A DNA stretch of 64,000 nt from positions 51,391-115,390 of the forward strand of contig CBFFRP010000268.1 of the NCBI GenBank assembly GCA_965644295.1, given 5' to 3'. The translations under genes were made by a program, and so were the position numbers. The stretch is from Paraphysomonas bandaiensis (lineage: Eukaryota; Protista; Chrysophyceae). This document shows, piece by piece, positions 12,850-25,901 of this stretch (position 1 is its first letter; each line of letters starts with the position of its first letter). The notes under the pieces were generated by a model. The model saw only the letters and a program-made list of their open reading frames with translations. It did no database searches and was not told the origin of the DNA.

Positions 12850-13884
12850 GACTTTTTACTGTGAACGAGTTCTTAAAGAATGACAAGACGAAAACTTGGA
12901 TTTGTATTTCAGTGGTTCAGATGGCTATGATTCGAATAAAAGTGTTCGAAGCATATATCTAGTATCTACCACTCGTTCATACGGAATATACAATTATATA
13001 TGATTTAGATTATATGTTACGAATTATCTGTAAACGACGACATACTTAAATCGCTGTGTCACCCTACTCTACAAACATAATCTCCAACCCTAATCATATT
13101 ACACGTAGTAAAACATCTTCGAAAGTTTTTTTGGATACTTTCTCATCCTTCTTTGCTGTTCGTAGGTATCAATAATAGTAGCATGATCATACAAAATGGT
13201 TAAGTATGATACTAGACGATCACTTGAGAGTTGTGCTGAACAGAGAAGTACATGAGCTTGATTATCAACTAGAAGCAAAAGAGTCGAATTCAACCAAATC
13301 AATCCACATCAAGATCAGGATACACAGACAGAAGCAACATAACGCAGCTCCCTCAGCAAACCCTCTGAATGTATGCATATATCTATTCAATATAAATCAT
13401 AACACCTCTACCCCCCACTGCAGAGAATACATAATATACATATGATTAACTGGATACAACACCTACTTATGAACATATAGTTCAGTTGAAGTGGCAATTC
13501 ATTTCTAGCTGTGTACATACATATAGATAGATAGATACACAGTTGATTGATATCTAGATATGGCCATCCTGTACACAGCAGTATCTTTCTTGTGGACATC
13601 ACTACGGCACAGTCTCTATACGACAGAGCAGTGTTGTGTATTGTACATGGGTCGAGTGTAGAGTACTACAGTAGCATATACAGCAGTATATAGACGATCG
13701 TACAGCAGTATGTTACTGCAACAGTCATACAGCTATAGCTATGCATCATACTATACATACATATATATACCAGTCGCCATAGTATGTTCATTGCTATTGC
13801 TATGCAATTCAATTCGATACAAGATAATTACAAGTCGTAGATAACTCTTGTCAAAAGTATCTATTGCTTGCATTGTTTATTGCA

Positions 13885-15782
13885 ATGCAGAGTTCTAGTG
13901 GTAATAAGAAAGGAAAGGTCCCCTTACCTCTGCTATTGACAGTTGTGTTGTTATGCATATCTACCGCCTCTTATCAGATATGGCAGTTTCAAAAACAAGA
14001 AGGTATGTAAGATTTTATTATATGTAAGAAGTATTGTGATAAGTATTATATGAGTAGCGGACCATCAACAGAGATATGATGCTGCAATGGCTCGTGCACG
14101 AGATGTTCTCAATAAGCTACAGGAGAAACTTGGCAATGGAGTGAATAGTGCTTCGCCTTCAAGTGCTGTAGCACCTTATTCTCAGAGTAGCAATAGTAAT
14201 TATGCCAGTGCGACTTTGAGAACCCAGAATCAACCCGTGGAATCACATGCGAAAGAGTATGTGCTTGCCAAATCTAATAGTAGAGATATCGTAATAGGAA
14301 TGGCACAAGACACCGACCCCAAGAATTTGGTAGTGTTTTGTGCCTCCTTAAGAAAGTCAGTGTGCTCTTTTCTTTTTGTTTAGATGACCATTGTATTTAG
14401 ACATTCTTCAGCAGATGTTGTGTTGTTCGCCAACTCTCCTGTATCTGATTTGAATCTCGAAATTGCTTCCAAGTACAACATTAATTTGATTCCTTTCTCC
14501 TTATCTGAATTCCCAGTGGCACATCAAGCTTATCATCCTTCTACATTACGATGGACAATGATATATAATTTCTTTCAGGTAATTACTAGCGGCAGTATGG
14601 AAGCAATGCGTTTATAACTTCGTGTGACATGTGCGTATAGGTTGATGCCAATCGAAAAAAATACCAGCGGGTGTGGATGATTGACGTGAGGGACAGTATG
14701 TTTCAGAGTGACCCCTTCGCTATTTTACCAGTCGATGGCTCTGCTTTTTATGCCTTTAAAGGAGTGGAAACAAAGGTCATTTCTCAGTGTGGATGGAATG
14801 GTGGCTGGGTTCGAGACTGCTTTGGAGAGAGTGTAAGTGAAAATATTATGGTAGATAGAAACGTTAATTCTATTCAGTATTTTGTGCTTTTCATGTACAT
14901 TCTGTGCTGTAACGCTTTGTTTACAGATGGTCAAAACTGTTGGCCTGAAGCCTATTATCTGCTCAGGAGTATCTGTAGGAACCATAGACACTGTACTTCC
15001 ATACATCGAACAGATGTACACTATCACGAGTGGAAAAGATACTTCTGCCAAGTTCCCTATGTGTGAACGCAATGGTGTTGATCAGGGAGTTCACAATGTA
15101 CTTGTTCACACTGGCAGAGTGCCCAATCTTCGCATCTGGGGGCAATCAGACAGTCCAGTGTTGAACCTTCAGGCAAAAGTAGCTAGGGTGGAAGGTATGA
15201 CCGTACACAACAAGAAAGGGGAACTTGCGGCAGTGGTTCATCAATACGATAGATACCCTGATCTGCAGAAGGCCTTATTCAAAGAGGTATGATAACACGG
15301 TGTATTGTAATGCCAGCATACAATTTTATGCTCTGTAGAGTATACTATGTGCTCAGTGTTGATCGGTGTGTATGAGTAGTATGTATACTGGATCGATACT
15401 TCAGACCCTCTTGCGGAATGGAATGCGGACAAGCAATGTGCACAGTTTCATTACGTTCCTGACAAAGATTTATTCAAAGGTAGTTGCACTGGTAGTATCT
15501 CTGTAGCGTATGGCCTCAAGTATAATTTGGTTTCAGCTGAGATGACCCCACATACAGTCCTATGATAATTTATTACTTGTGTTAGGTAAATGTGACTTCC
15601 GAGTACGGGGGGGAGCTACAGGGCCAAGCTCGTGCTGCTCTATTTGCTCATCCTTTCCAGAATGCTCGGCTTTCACGTTTTATGGGGGACAATGTTTTCT
15701 GAAAAGCGGGTGTAAGAAACCTCCTGGAGGGCCTAATTCGAGGCTTGTTATCAAAGGAGCTGTATCGGCTTACTTGAAGTGA
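13885..15782 (+). CDS. Type II membrane GT-A-like glycosyltransferase with a C-terminal PAN/Apple module; multi-exon
   Basis: N-terminal TM (PLPLLLTVVLLCISTASY); motifs VWMIDVRDSMFQSDPF, IICSGVSVG, GVDQGVHN and VVHQYDR. Last exon CCSICSSFPECSAFTFYGGQCFLKS. Confidence 0.7.
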
Positions 15783-16782
15783 ATATGTTGATTTGCATTG
15801 TAAAATATATAGGTTTTATCTTGTGTATGAGGGTGATTCTGACAAGTTCTGCTGTATAATATGTTAAATATTGTGCAATTGAAGATAGTTGATTGTGTGC
15901 AGTAGGGGAAATGAACATATAGTGGAAACTGGGATATTAGTTACGAAGGAAGTAGATCCAGTTATTGATATTTTAATTGTTTTTCATGAGTACAGAAAGC
16001 AGTGGAGAACTTGTACATGGGTTTACGTAATCTATAGTGACGCATTGTTTTGCAACATAGTGTACATTTTCTAGTTTACAACATGAGTGGATTCAAAGAA
16101 AACGATGAACCATCCGAACTTCAAGCTAGCGTTACAGTAAACTCAAAACTCCGGTAAAAAAAGATTCAAACACATACATCAGGTTTTGTGAGTATTGCAA
16201 ACAATTTGTTTCGCAAATATGTCACACTCCACAACTATCACTTTCAAAGCGTTTCTGTCCATCTCAAAGTGTGGCTTGTCGATATGTCACCTATACGAAG
16301 AAGAAACCATTAACCTTCTAACGGATTCTTACAGTCAAATACATAACTGAACTCTGCTACCTATACTGACATCTTATCCCTTGCAACCAAGTGATGTTTA
16401 GCCAAGTTATGACATATCTTTGGCCATAATATCTTCTAACGGTACTCTGCAGGTCTTTCCATATACTTATACTCTCAACGCAGTTATTGTCCTTAATGAA
16501 ACAATTTTTTTTTAGATTTAACAAATTATATCTCTCTAATCACTAATACTAGTATATGATTGGAGGATACAGGTGTTACTGACGATTTGCGTGCGGTGTG
16601 TTACATGTGATTATATAGACATATGCATACATACACATACATACAGAGAGGGGATCATGAAGTTGAAGAGAGATGAGATGATACTCTCCCATACATACAT
16701 ACACATACATACATACATATACCCACATAATCATCTTCTATTGATGTTATACTCCTATTCATCATATATCTAAGACATTACC

Positions 16783-17964
16783 ATGGTATGTGATGAAGTG
16801 TCAAGTCATTGGCACTTAGGTTATCTATTTGCATCAATTGGGATGTCTTTTCTTGGCTCATATGCTGCTGTATCATTAGCTGAATACTTACGATCATATA
16901 ACATCATAAATAAACAGTATACAACACCATATTTCCATCTTGGATTATTATCTTTTACTCTTGGTGGTGGAACGATATGGTGTATGCATTTTGTAGGTAT
17001 GGGTGCATTACAGTTACACACATCACATAATGGTGTGATTAAACAAGAATATGATTTGGGGCTTACTATGATATCACTCATACTGTGTATATTCTTTGTT
17101 TATTTTGGGTCTTATATTGCTACATTGGATACATTATATACGAAAGAGCGACATGAACTATTTCAAGAGTTGATTAAATCTTGCACCTTACTCTCAGTAG
17201 GCAACCTTCAGAATAAGTGGGTTGTGTTTCGCATTGTCATGCTTCATGGAACAGCATATATTATTGTGGGTGGGCTGCTTACAGGAGTGGGAATATGTAT
17301 CATGCATTATATTGGCATGATGGCTATGATAAATCCAGTAGAGGTTCAATGGGACTATGGAATAATTACCGCTTCGGTTCTGGTAGCCTGTGGGGCTGCA
17401 ATAGTGGCATTCTGGATTTTGTTCCGTATATTGGCTCTGTATCCACAAAGTGAGTGTATCCGCATCATCAGCAGTTTCGTGATGACTGTTGCAATATGTG
17501 GTATGCACTATTCGGGCATGGCTGCAGCGTCGTACTGCTATCAACCAGGGAAGTCTCTCGCGAGTCTCACTGGTACTGAAATGCCACTTGATTCAGCTAT
17601 AATACCTGTGATATCAGGGGGGCTCATATTTGATTGGCTCATGATAATGCTCATTCTTTCTCACTCAAGGCGGCAGTTTTATGACATGCGGAATGAAATG
17701 CGGACCACGAAACAAGCACTAGAGGAGATTTCCATCAACTTCGACCGTTCTGCAAATGATGCAGATAAAAATTGTAAAGTTTCGAAGGCTGATGATAAGT
17801 CTTCTTTTTTTGAAGTTACGAAACCACTGAGTCAGAAGTTTCCAGTACTATCTGTATTTGCGGAGTGTTTTTCCCCGCCATTGCCCAACATTAAAATATA
17901 TCCACATTCGCTTGATCAAACCTCGAGCGCAAATGATGAAGTGGCTTCGACACTGTGTGTGTAG
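16783..17964 (+). CDS. MHYT-domain integral membrane sensor protein (intronless)
   Basis: Three MHYT repeats (IWCMHFVGM, IMHYIGM, GMHYSGM) with flanking TM helices; N-terminal SFLGSYAAV. Confidence 0.92.
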   Translation: MVCDEVSSHWHLGYLFASIGMSFLGSYAAVSLAEYLRSYNIINKQYTTPYFHLGLLSFTLGGGTIWCMHFVGMGALQLHTSHNGVIKQEYDLGLTMISLILCIFFVYFGSYIATLDTLYTKERHELFQELIKSCTLLSVGNLQNKWVVFRIVMLHGTAYIIVGGLLTGVGICIMHYIGMMAMINPVEVQWDYGIITASVLVACGAAIVAFWILFRILALYPQSECIRIISSFVMTVAICGMHYSGMAAASYCYQPGKSLASLTGTEMPLDSAIIPVISGGLIFDWLMIMLILSHSRRQFYDMRNEMRTTKQALEEISINFDRSANDADKNCKVSKADDKSSFFEVTKPLSQKFPVLSVFAECFSPPLPNIKIYPHSLDQTSSANDEVASTLCV

Positions 17965-18785
17965 GCCATTTCTCCATGCAACTACGTGGGTGTTGATGAT
18001 TTTTATATACACAATTTGTACACTTAACAGTTCGTATGAATATTAACATATTATATGTGATATATCGATACGAGTAGACCGCATATTTTGATTATTGAAT
18101 GGTAATAACTAAAGTTAATTGTTTATCGCATCCCAAAGAGCGCCCGAATTCTTGACTGGTAATAGTCCTACGTGTTAAGCTATTTGGCCATATTTACATA
18201 TTTCCATGGCTTCAAAACAGCGATACTATTCGTGAGTGATTTGAGTCGTATTTAGTGTTGGAAATGTAGCGATACTTTCTCGTGTAATGTTCTTGGAGAA
18301 ATAACGACTGTTGATATAACTGACATCCTCTGACGTAGGTTTTTGTTGACTCTTAAAGAAGAGAGTGCATCATCTTCAGATAGGTCAGCCCAGTACCTCT
18401 GGTAATCATTGATGCCATCAATTGTAGTCTAGTTCCCTGCAATTATAATAGTAGTGGATGTCTGATTATTAGCAATAGGCGTGAAAGAGTAAGAACTAAT
18501 GTGGCAATTATAATAGCAATTAATTATAAATATCATTATCATTAACGGTTACCAGGCCCTGGTCAATCTAGTATCCCTGTGTTCATACTGGATACTGGAT
18601 TGGATAATGGTGTTTAGAAGAGTAATAGAGTAGAATTTTAAACACGACTAGACTAAGTTCGAATATAATAGAACATATATACCATATTAGCAGCACCACA
18701 TATATTGACATATACCTAACATGTGTTATGTGCACTACACTATTTACTAGTACCACTAACACAATATATTTACGGGATTAATATT

Positions 18786-18857
18786 TATATTACTTAACAG
18801 TGGGATGTTCGATTAAGGTTAGGGTTTTAGGGCTAGGGCTATATTACTTAACAGTGG
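18786..18857 (+). repeat. Interstitial telomere-like 36-bp insert flanked by an 18-bp direct repeat
   Basis: TATATTACTTAACAGTGG at 18786-18803 and 18840-18857. The intervening sequence is GATGTTCGATTAAGGTTAGGGTTTTAGGGCTAGGGC. Confidence 0.75.
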
Positions 18858-18913
18858 TGACCAACTAGGTGCAGTCCTTCTCCTTACGCATCTAGTAGGA
18901 AGAGGATACGCGA

Positions 18914-19427
18914 TTACCTTCGTTTGCCGCAGAGGTATGTCTGACGTGTTCTGGGATGAAGTCTGGGGCGTACAGTGGTTGAGGTCATTTGTTTGGCTGC
19001 ATCGAAAAGAGTGGTTGGAGGCGTATAACTGCGACCTCGAGAGCGCGAAATCATCGCGAGTCCAGCGAGCAGTGGTCTTTCTAGCTGGGATTTGATAATG
19101 GTTACCTTTCTTTCGACCTGCGTTCCTTCTCTATTGGAGATACGGTTCAAAATTGCAGCAATCCAAATTTGAAGCGTCTTGTCGCATTGTTGTAGCTACC
19201 GTAACCTTTCCTTATATATGTTTGAAGCCGTATTCTTGTAGCTGAGATATAGAGTAATGAGGACAGTCGAGACGCATATGTTTGAGAGAATCAAGGCAAA
19301 AGCCATAGTCTGAGCATTTGCCATTGTTCAGGCCGAGTCCGTGCTTCGTTTTGACCCTTTTCCTTCCAATGCTGGAGGATGTGTCCCATGTTGAGTTCTG
19401 CAATATCATGTGATATATATTGTGCAA
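18914..19427 (-). pseudogene. Probable decayed non-LTR retrotransposon ORF2 C-terminal fragment
   Basis: Broken frames, one containing KCSDYGFCLDSLKHMRLDCPH, which resembles the C-x2-C...H-x4-C knuckle that follows LINE reverse transcriptases. No RT core visible. Confidence 0.35.
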
Positions 19428-20028
19428 TTGAAGTGAGTTAATAGTGTGAAATAGGTGAAGTCACCTCATAGGTATAACAGCGGGAGATTATATTTACAAA
19501 GGAATTAAATTCAGTTACTGATGTATGACTATATAAGATATAGGTGTGACTGGTGAGCATATGATAAACAGATGTAAGGAGTGTTGCTGAGAACAGATAT
19601 TTTACCAAGTGATATATATCATTGTGGAAATAATATGGATAACAGATGTGTTGAGATTTAAGGATGCTGCTTTAAGCAACAATAGAACAGCGCCTCCATA
19701 AGAATTGTAACAATATTTGACTCTCGGCACCTTTCGTTCTTGACGAATATGAACACTATTACTTTTCAAAGTAAATAGTTAAATGAGAATGGTTTTGTAC
19801 TGACAACATGACAGAAACGTCTTAACATGTTAGTATGACTAAGAACAAGTACTATTCCCTATTCCGGATAAAGCATCCCTATAAAACAGGAATAACTAAC
19901 TTGAGGAGCACGATACTATTCATAGATTTTCTGTATTACGAACAAACCCACTATTATAACGGAACAACTGTCGCCAATTACTGGAAGCTAGCTGTAAATA
20001 TATACGTCCTGCACTTATCTAGTATTAC

Positions 20029-23000
20029 TCATGGGTTTCCTTCTGTGCACCCATCTCTCCTGGCGGAGTTACACCCATCATCATTTCCATCATGCGCTTC
20101 CGTGGTTTCAACTGCAGAATCTATAATAGTGACAATATGAGCACAACACTAGCTGCCTCGAATGCATTGACTTACACGAACTAAGACGTCGTCGATGGCT
20201 ACCGCGCTGTAAACATCGTAAGTAAGCATAATTAATGAATGTGATGACTGTAGATTAACGTACTCTATGAAATCATTGACATCCATCTTTGATATTTTAA
20301 TTCCTTCTGAATCTGTGCTGGCTGTGGTGTCAGCTTGTGTGTTCTCTTGTGTAGGGACTGGGGCAGGAGAAGCAGGGGAAGGGCTCGAAGAAGTGTTAGG
20401 TTTATTTCCACTGACAAGGGCGGATAATGCTGCATTTCGACCTGATAGGTACACGACTAAGCTGGACACTAGCGGTTTGGAAACGCTTACCAGGTTTCTT
20501 GGGAGTATTCGTGTCAGATTGCCCACTTGTCGAAGACGACGGGGATGGTGGGGGGGGCGGAGACTCAGCAGTGGAAGATACAGTGCGTGTACCAGAATTC
20601 TGTGCACGTCGTCGTGCAAGTGCGGCACACAAGGCGTTGAATATCTTAGTTCCTACTTCTGGGCTATAACCTAGCCTCTCGAAAACTGCAGATACATTTC
20701 GCGCTGGCAATTCACCAGTTACAATATATATATGCAGTTGCACCATGACAAGATAATGAGCTACCTGTGATGAACTTAGGTGGCTCCACAACATCGGAGC
20801 TTTTAGTGTCTTGTGTGTTTTCAGTGAGGATACTTTTCATTCTGTAATAAATAGAAAAATATCAACCGTACTTTATGACGTATTAAAACACAACCGTTTA
20901 TTACTCAGTACGTAACATATCGATATGGAATACGAAAAGCACGGTGAAACATATTGAACCCTTACATTTGTCCTTTCGTTCCTCCACCGCGAATCATTTT
21001 CATCTGATTAAAGTGCCGCCCAGGATACCACACAGCCTCCGTATACGCCCTGAAGACAGCTTTCAGAAATTGAGGATTTCTTTGCTGAATGCGAGCCTAG
21101 AAATGCAGTCACTGAATTAGAATCACGACTTCAAGATAGACATAACATGAACTACACAGAATTTGACACAGTGTGCCCATGAGAAACACTAATAAGTGCA
21201 AAGAGTGGTATGCATATGGTACCTCTGCTTGTAGAATATCTTCTGGAGATATTAGTCCATCTCCATCACTGTCAATGAATCGGCAGATGAGCATCATGAC
21301 CCCACTTTGCTTGTCTTCTGCACCGGATACCTGGGACAAGATCTGGGTGAACTGGTCGACAGTGAGCCGGCCTCCATTGCTGGTAGCACCTATGAACAAG
21401 TATTACTTCAACCCACGCATGCAAGACATAAAGTACAAAACACATGGTACAATCATAAGTCATACGCCCTCACCCATTTCCTGAAACACTTGAACCAACC
21501 GATCTCTCATTTCAGATGCCATAAGAGTGCCCCCCTCCGTCGTTCCATCAGTTCCATCACTGTTTCCCTCATCGGTGACAAGGCTCATTAGGTTTGTACC
21601 ATTAGCTCCCCCCATCTGCATTGAGCTGACTAGACGACTAAAGTTGGACGCAAGTTTTTCGATCTTCCGCTCTTGCACATGCCCACTAAGCTTACGCAAA
21701 GCACTATTGAGGTGCGTGCTGCTCGCTGACTGACGTCGCACAGCACTGGTATGTGGAAAAGATATCATCGTATCCGACACGGTATCCTGAGATACTACAC
21801 TGGCACTAGAGTCGTCAACCATACGAATCCATGGATGTTGGAGAATCTCTATACCACAAAATTTATCACACACATTTACAAGTTTGGCATAATCAAAGAG
21901 TATAAACAATACACAGGTCATTGTTGACTTGTGCATATATAATACCTGATGCTGTTATCCTTCTGGAAGGGTCAACGGTAAGCATTTTCGATACCAAGTC
22001 TTTGGCCTCGTCGCTCACACCCTCCCACTCTTTCCCATCAAGAGAGAATTCTCCACGAGCACTCTTTTCAAGAATTTCTCTACAGTATACAAAGTATATA
22101 TCATCTCAGTTATGTTTCCAACTAGAAATTTTCAGACTAGAAACTTTTCCAGGGCTTCCAACGAAAACCATACACCGTGAATTATGGAGTACCTGTTTGA
22201 CCTCGAATGAAAAGGAGGTATCCCGCACAAGAGAATATAGAGCACCACACCAGCAGCCCATATGTCAGTGGCCCGGGAGCTCACCCCAGCAAGAATCAAT
22301 TCGGGAGACATGTACCCCACAGTACCGCGCAGACTGTCCCTATTCAGCACTCCACTCATCTAATAATCAGATCAGGATCCATTCAGACACCATAGCAGTA
22401 CGCTCATTGTTGTACACCAATACAGCTGTGATATCACACGCAGCATATCATGCCAAAACAATACTAACCTCGAAGGCTTTCATTTTCTGAGTAAGCTCAT
22501 CCATGGTAGGAATGCGCTGTGTGGCATCTGTAGTGCCCTCTGCAGGAGAGTGGAAAACCTTCGAGAGTCCAAAGTCTGTTAATTTGATTCTTGCATCCGG
22601 AGCATCTGACTCAAACAAGATATTCTCGGGCTTGATGTCCAAATGTAAGATGTCATGACTATGTAACTCGTGCAAGGCACTGATGAGGTCCCTCATGATC
22701 ACTGCGGCATCGAGTTCTGTGAAGTGCCCACGCTTGACTACTTGTTCGTAGAGTTCTCCACCGGTGCATAAAGGAAAAACGAGATAAAACTTGTTACCAA
22801 CCTACATCAAGGTACAAGGAAGTATTACGATGAAACATTGAATAGTACAATACGCATTCATATGACATCGAAAATCACTTTGGCACATATACACATTTTG
22901 TAAATGGCAGCGAACGAGATGGCGATACATAACTAAAAAGAATATACCTGAAACACTTTCTCAATGTTAAGAATATTAGGATGAGAAATCGTCTCCATGA

Positions 23001-23532
23001 TGTCTTTTAGTATCTCAGCTTCTGCAACGGCCATCTTCAATTGAGCTTTACCGGTAAGTTCCATTTCTTTCATTGCATATCGTTGACCATTAGTCTTATG
23101 GAGCAACTCGTGGACAATCCCCGCGCCTCCCACGCCCAATACTTTGATTTTTTCGAATTCATCAAGCCACCGCACAATTGTATGTACGTGATTTAAACGC
23201 ATCAACCAGCTACGCTTTTCTCTCGATGATTCCGCACGTAGATGCCACGCAGGACTATTACCATCATTAATATGAATAGAAAATCCATGCGGATCATTAT
23301 CCACATCCTCTCTATCGATAACAGTAGCAGATGTTATCTGTGTTTTCGTAATCAAATATTCATCACTGGGATGTCCATCAACTGGTTTCTCAGACATGTA
23401 TGCTATCTCTGATCCCTTTAATACAACCCATCTCTTTTTCCATAATTTCATCCAATGAAACCCTTTTTTCATAAGATATCCTGAATATTCAGGTGAGACT
23501 ACCCATACGCTACTTTCCAATGCAGTGTCCAT
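20029..23532 (-). CDS. PH-domain CAMK/CDPK-like Ser/Thr kinase with C-terminal EF-hand(s); multi-exon
   Basis: PH domain (SGYLMKKGFHWMKLWKKRWVVL...EKRSWL); kinase motifs LGVGGAG, AMKEM, HLDIKPEN, DFG, GTVGYMSPE and DIWAAGVVLYILLCGIPPF; EF-hand DSDGDGLISPED. The last exon ends ...CTEGNP*. Confidence 0.88.
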
Positions 23533-24140
23533 GTGATAACTGATCAATGTGATATGTGATTGATGGATATAAGGCTATATATCCTCAGATGGATCTGTCA
23601 TTAGGATTATATATATATATGGAATGCTTACTGGGCAGTTGGTCGTACTGCTGTGGCTGTATGTACAGTAGCTAGCAGTATATGTATATGTATGTATAGT
23701 ACGTATATGTACATTGGGCTGTAGGTGTATATAGACGTCAACAGAATTCGAATGACAGTTGAAAACAATATTTACAAAAAAAAAAATACATGATATAAAA
23801 TAATTTTTGTATAGGTTCTATATATATATTTATACAGACATCGAATATGTAAAATAATTTTGTAAAAATAATTTATATATATATATACAGTTGGACTACG
23901 GTCCATATGCTTGTACAGCGATACTGTGTATACAGCCAGTTCTCACATGCCCCACATATAGAGGCCCCCATCTAGCCTCTAGCATCTCCAGGGTCCTCTA
24001 TAATCAACCCATCACACCTTAACATCATGATCATATACATGCATATTAAACATACTAGCTGCATACTAGATATCTAAACATGCAGTTTTTAGGTCCCCCA
24101 TAAATTCTTTTCATTCTTGTATATAGAAGTGTAGAATTTA

Positions 24141-25592
24141 ATGATGTTTCGATTTTTTAATTTTATCCAACTAAAACTATTAAATCAACGATTAAACAGC
24201 ACTCACTGTACACTCATATTACTATGTACAGTGTCATTTTTAATGGGAATACCACAGAATATGATGAGTCCATCTTTATCGGCGATTGCTACTGATCTTG
24301 GATTCAAAGAGCGGGAGAGGGATTTATATATCGGAAGTTATATGCAATTATGCTATGCTGTAGTGTCTCTACCACCAAGTCTAATTGCAGGAGTAATGAC
24401 TGATCATTATAATCGTGTAATGCTTTTGACTGTTATTACTTTTATGGCCTCGTTGTCTATGATTGGTTTTGGAATATTTTCATCGTATCCTCTCATGCTG
24501 TTCTTGCGCACAATTCAAGGAACTGTGTATGGGGCGTGTATTCCTGTTATATATTCTCTCATGAGTGATCTATTTTCTGCTTCTAAGCGAGCTAGAATGT
24601 CTGCATTTCTTACTGTAGCAATGGGTGGAGGCACGCTGTTTGGGCAACTGTTCGCGGGCTATATGGCTCCCATCATGAGTTGGCGCACATCTTTTATCTT
24701 GTTCGGTGTTTTGACATTCCTACAAGGAATTATTATTATGCGATATGTAAAAGAGCCTACTAGAGGCGTGCTAGATACAATTGGAGAGGAGGATGGTTCA
24801 ACCGCCTCATTGTTGTCAGAAGCTCCTAATTCAACGTCCTCAACCAGCGTTCCAACGCCTCCGCCAATGTTCTCCATGGCAGCAGTAATGGACATTCTGC
24901 ACATGCTTCAGATTCCCACAGTGGCTTTAATGCTTCTTCAGTCTATTCCCAATAGTATTCCATGGGGCCTGTTGTCCGTCCATATGCACGACTTTTTAAT
25001 AACAGAAGGGAAAATGCAGGTGTCTGCTGCCACCTCTCTTATCGCGATGTTCGGAGCTGGAGCCGCTGTAGGAGGGGTTGGTGGAGGCGTCCTCGGCACC
25101 TACGTGTATACCATTAAGAAGATATATCTCCCGCTCTTCATGGGCATTACACTTATTGCCGCGGGTCTGCTGATGCAGTACGTGTTGGCCATATCAATTA
25201 GTAGTCCGGATTCGATGGTGTTAACCAGTAGCGTCATACTTCTTGCGGGAACCTTTGCGGCGGTGAACGGCTCACTGAACCGTGCTGTGCTACTCAACGT
25301 GGCATCTCCGTATACTCGTGGTGCGGCAGTGTCCAGCTTTACAGTCATGATGTCGTTAGGCCGAGGAGTAGGGCCGGCAGCTCTTACTTCTCTGATGCAC
25401 ACACGCAATGTGTCTAGGCAAATAGCCATGGAGAACCTGCTATACCTTTGGGTCTTTGCTGGTACACTCTTACTAGGAATATGTGTCTTTATAGTTAGAG
25501 ACGAGGAGAATATGAGAGATGGAATACAGAATGGCTCGAAGGATGGGAGAAAGAAGCACGAAACTATAATAGATGTCGAGAAAGTATATTGA
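24141..25592 (+). CDS. Major facilitator superfamily transporter (Spinster-like), intronless
   Basis: About 12 hydrophobic segments; motif A AGVMTDHYNRVMLL; SDLFSASKRARMSA. Confidence 0.9.
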   Translation: MMFRFFNFIQLKLLNQRLNSTHCTLILLCTVSFLMGIPQNMMSPSLSAIATDLGFKERERDLYIGSYMQLCYAVVSLPPSLIAGVMTDHYNRVMLLTVITFMASLSMIGFGIFSSYPLMLFLRTIQGTVYGACIPVIYSLMSDLFSASKRARMSAFLTVAMGGGTLFGQLFAGYMAPIMSWRTSFILFGVLTFLQGIIIMRYVKEPTRGVLDTIGEEDGSTASLLSEAPNSTSSTSVPTPPPMFSMAAVMDILHMLQIPTVALMLLQSIPNSIPWGLLSVHMHDFLITEGKMQVSAATSLIAMFGAGAAVGGVGGGVLGTYVYTIKKIYLPLFMGITLIAAGLLMQYVLAISISSPDSMVLTSSVILLAGTFAAVNGSLNRAVLLNVASPYTRGAAVSSFTVMMSLGRGVGPAALTSLMHTRNVSRQIAMENLLYLWVFAGTLLLGICVFIVRDEENMRDGIQNGSKDGRKKHETIIDVEKVY

Positions 25593-25901
25593 GTCTATTA
25601 GTAGCCACTACTACTAGATTATTGATATTATAAAGTTCCTACGGTGATATTTATCACATCTGTTAACTGGTAACAATATAATAATATTAGACATTATATC
25701 GACTGCGCTATAATACTGTTTGTATTCAAAAGTACCATATTTTCTACCATTTTTATGAATGCAATACCATTGAAGTAGTAACATCGCCGGTGTCACTATA
25801 TAAGTTAAAGTTATATCATGTACTGATGAAATTTGGTTACCCGAAATATATCTTGTAGAGTCTACATCCAGAGGGTGTCCCGTGTGCCTTAGTGTAGCGG
25901 T

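Noticed and set aside
13099-13602. Possible small spliced gene or selenoprotein on the minus strand (LLCTGW..., CSGG*)
   Set aside because: The splice combinations tried gave early stops. There is no in-frame TGA in a CxxU context and no recognisable family.
18430-18580. Possible third copy of the CAATTA-rich hAT-like MITE
   Set aside because: Only GCAATTATAATAG-type motifs and CCCTG ends are shared; too degenerate to define.
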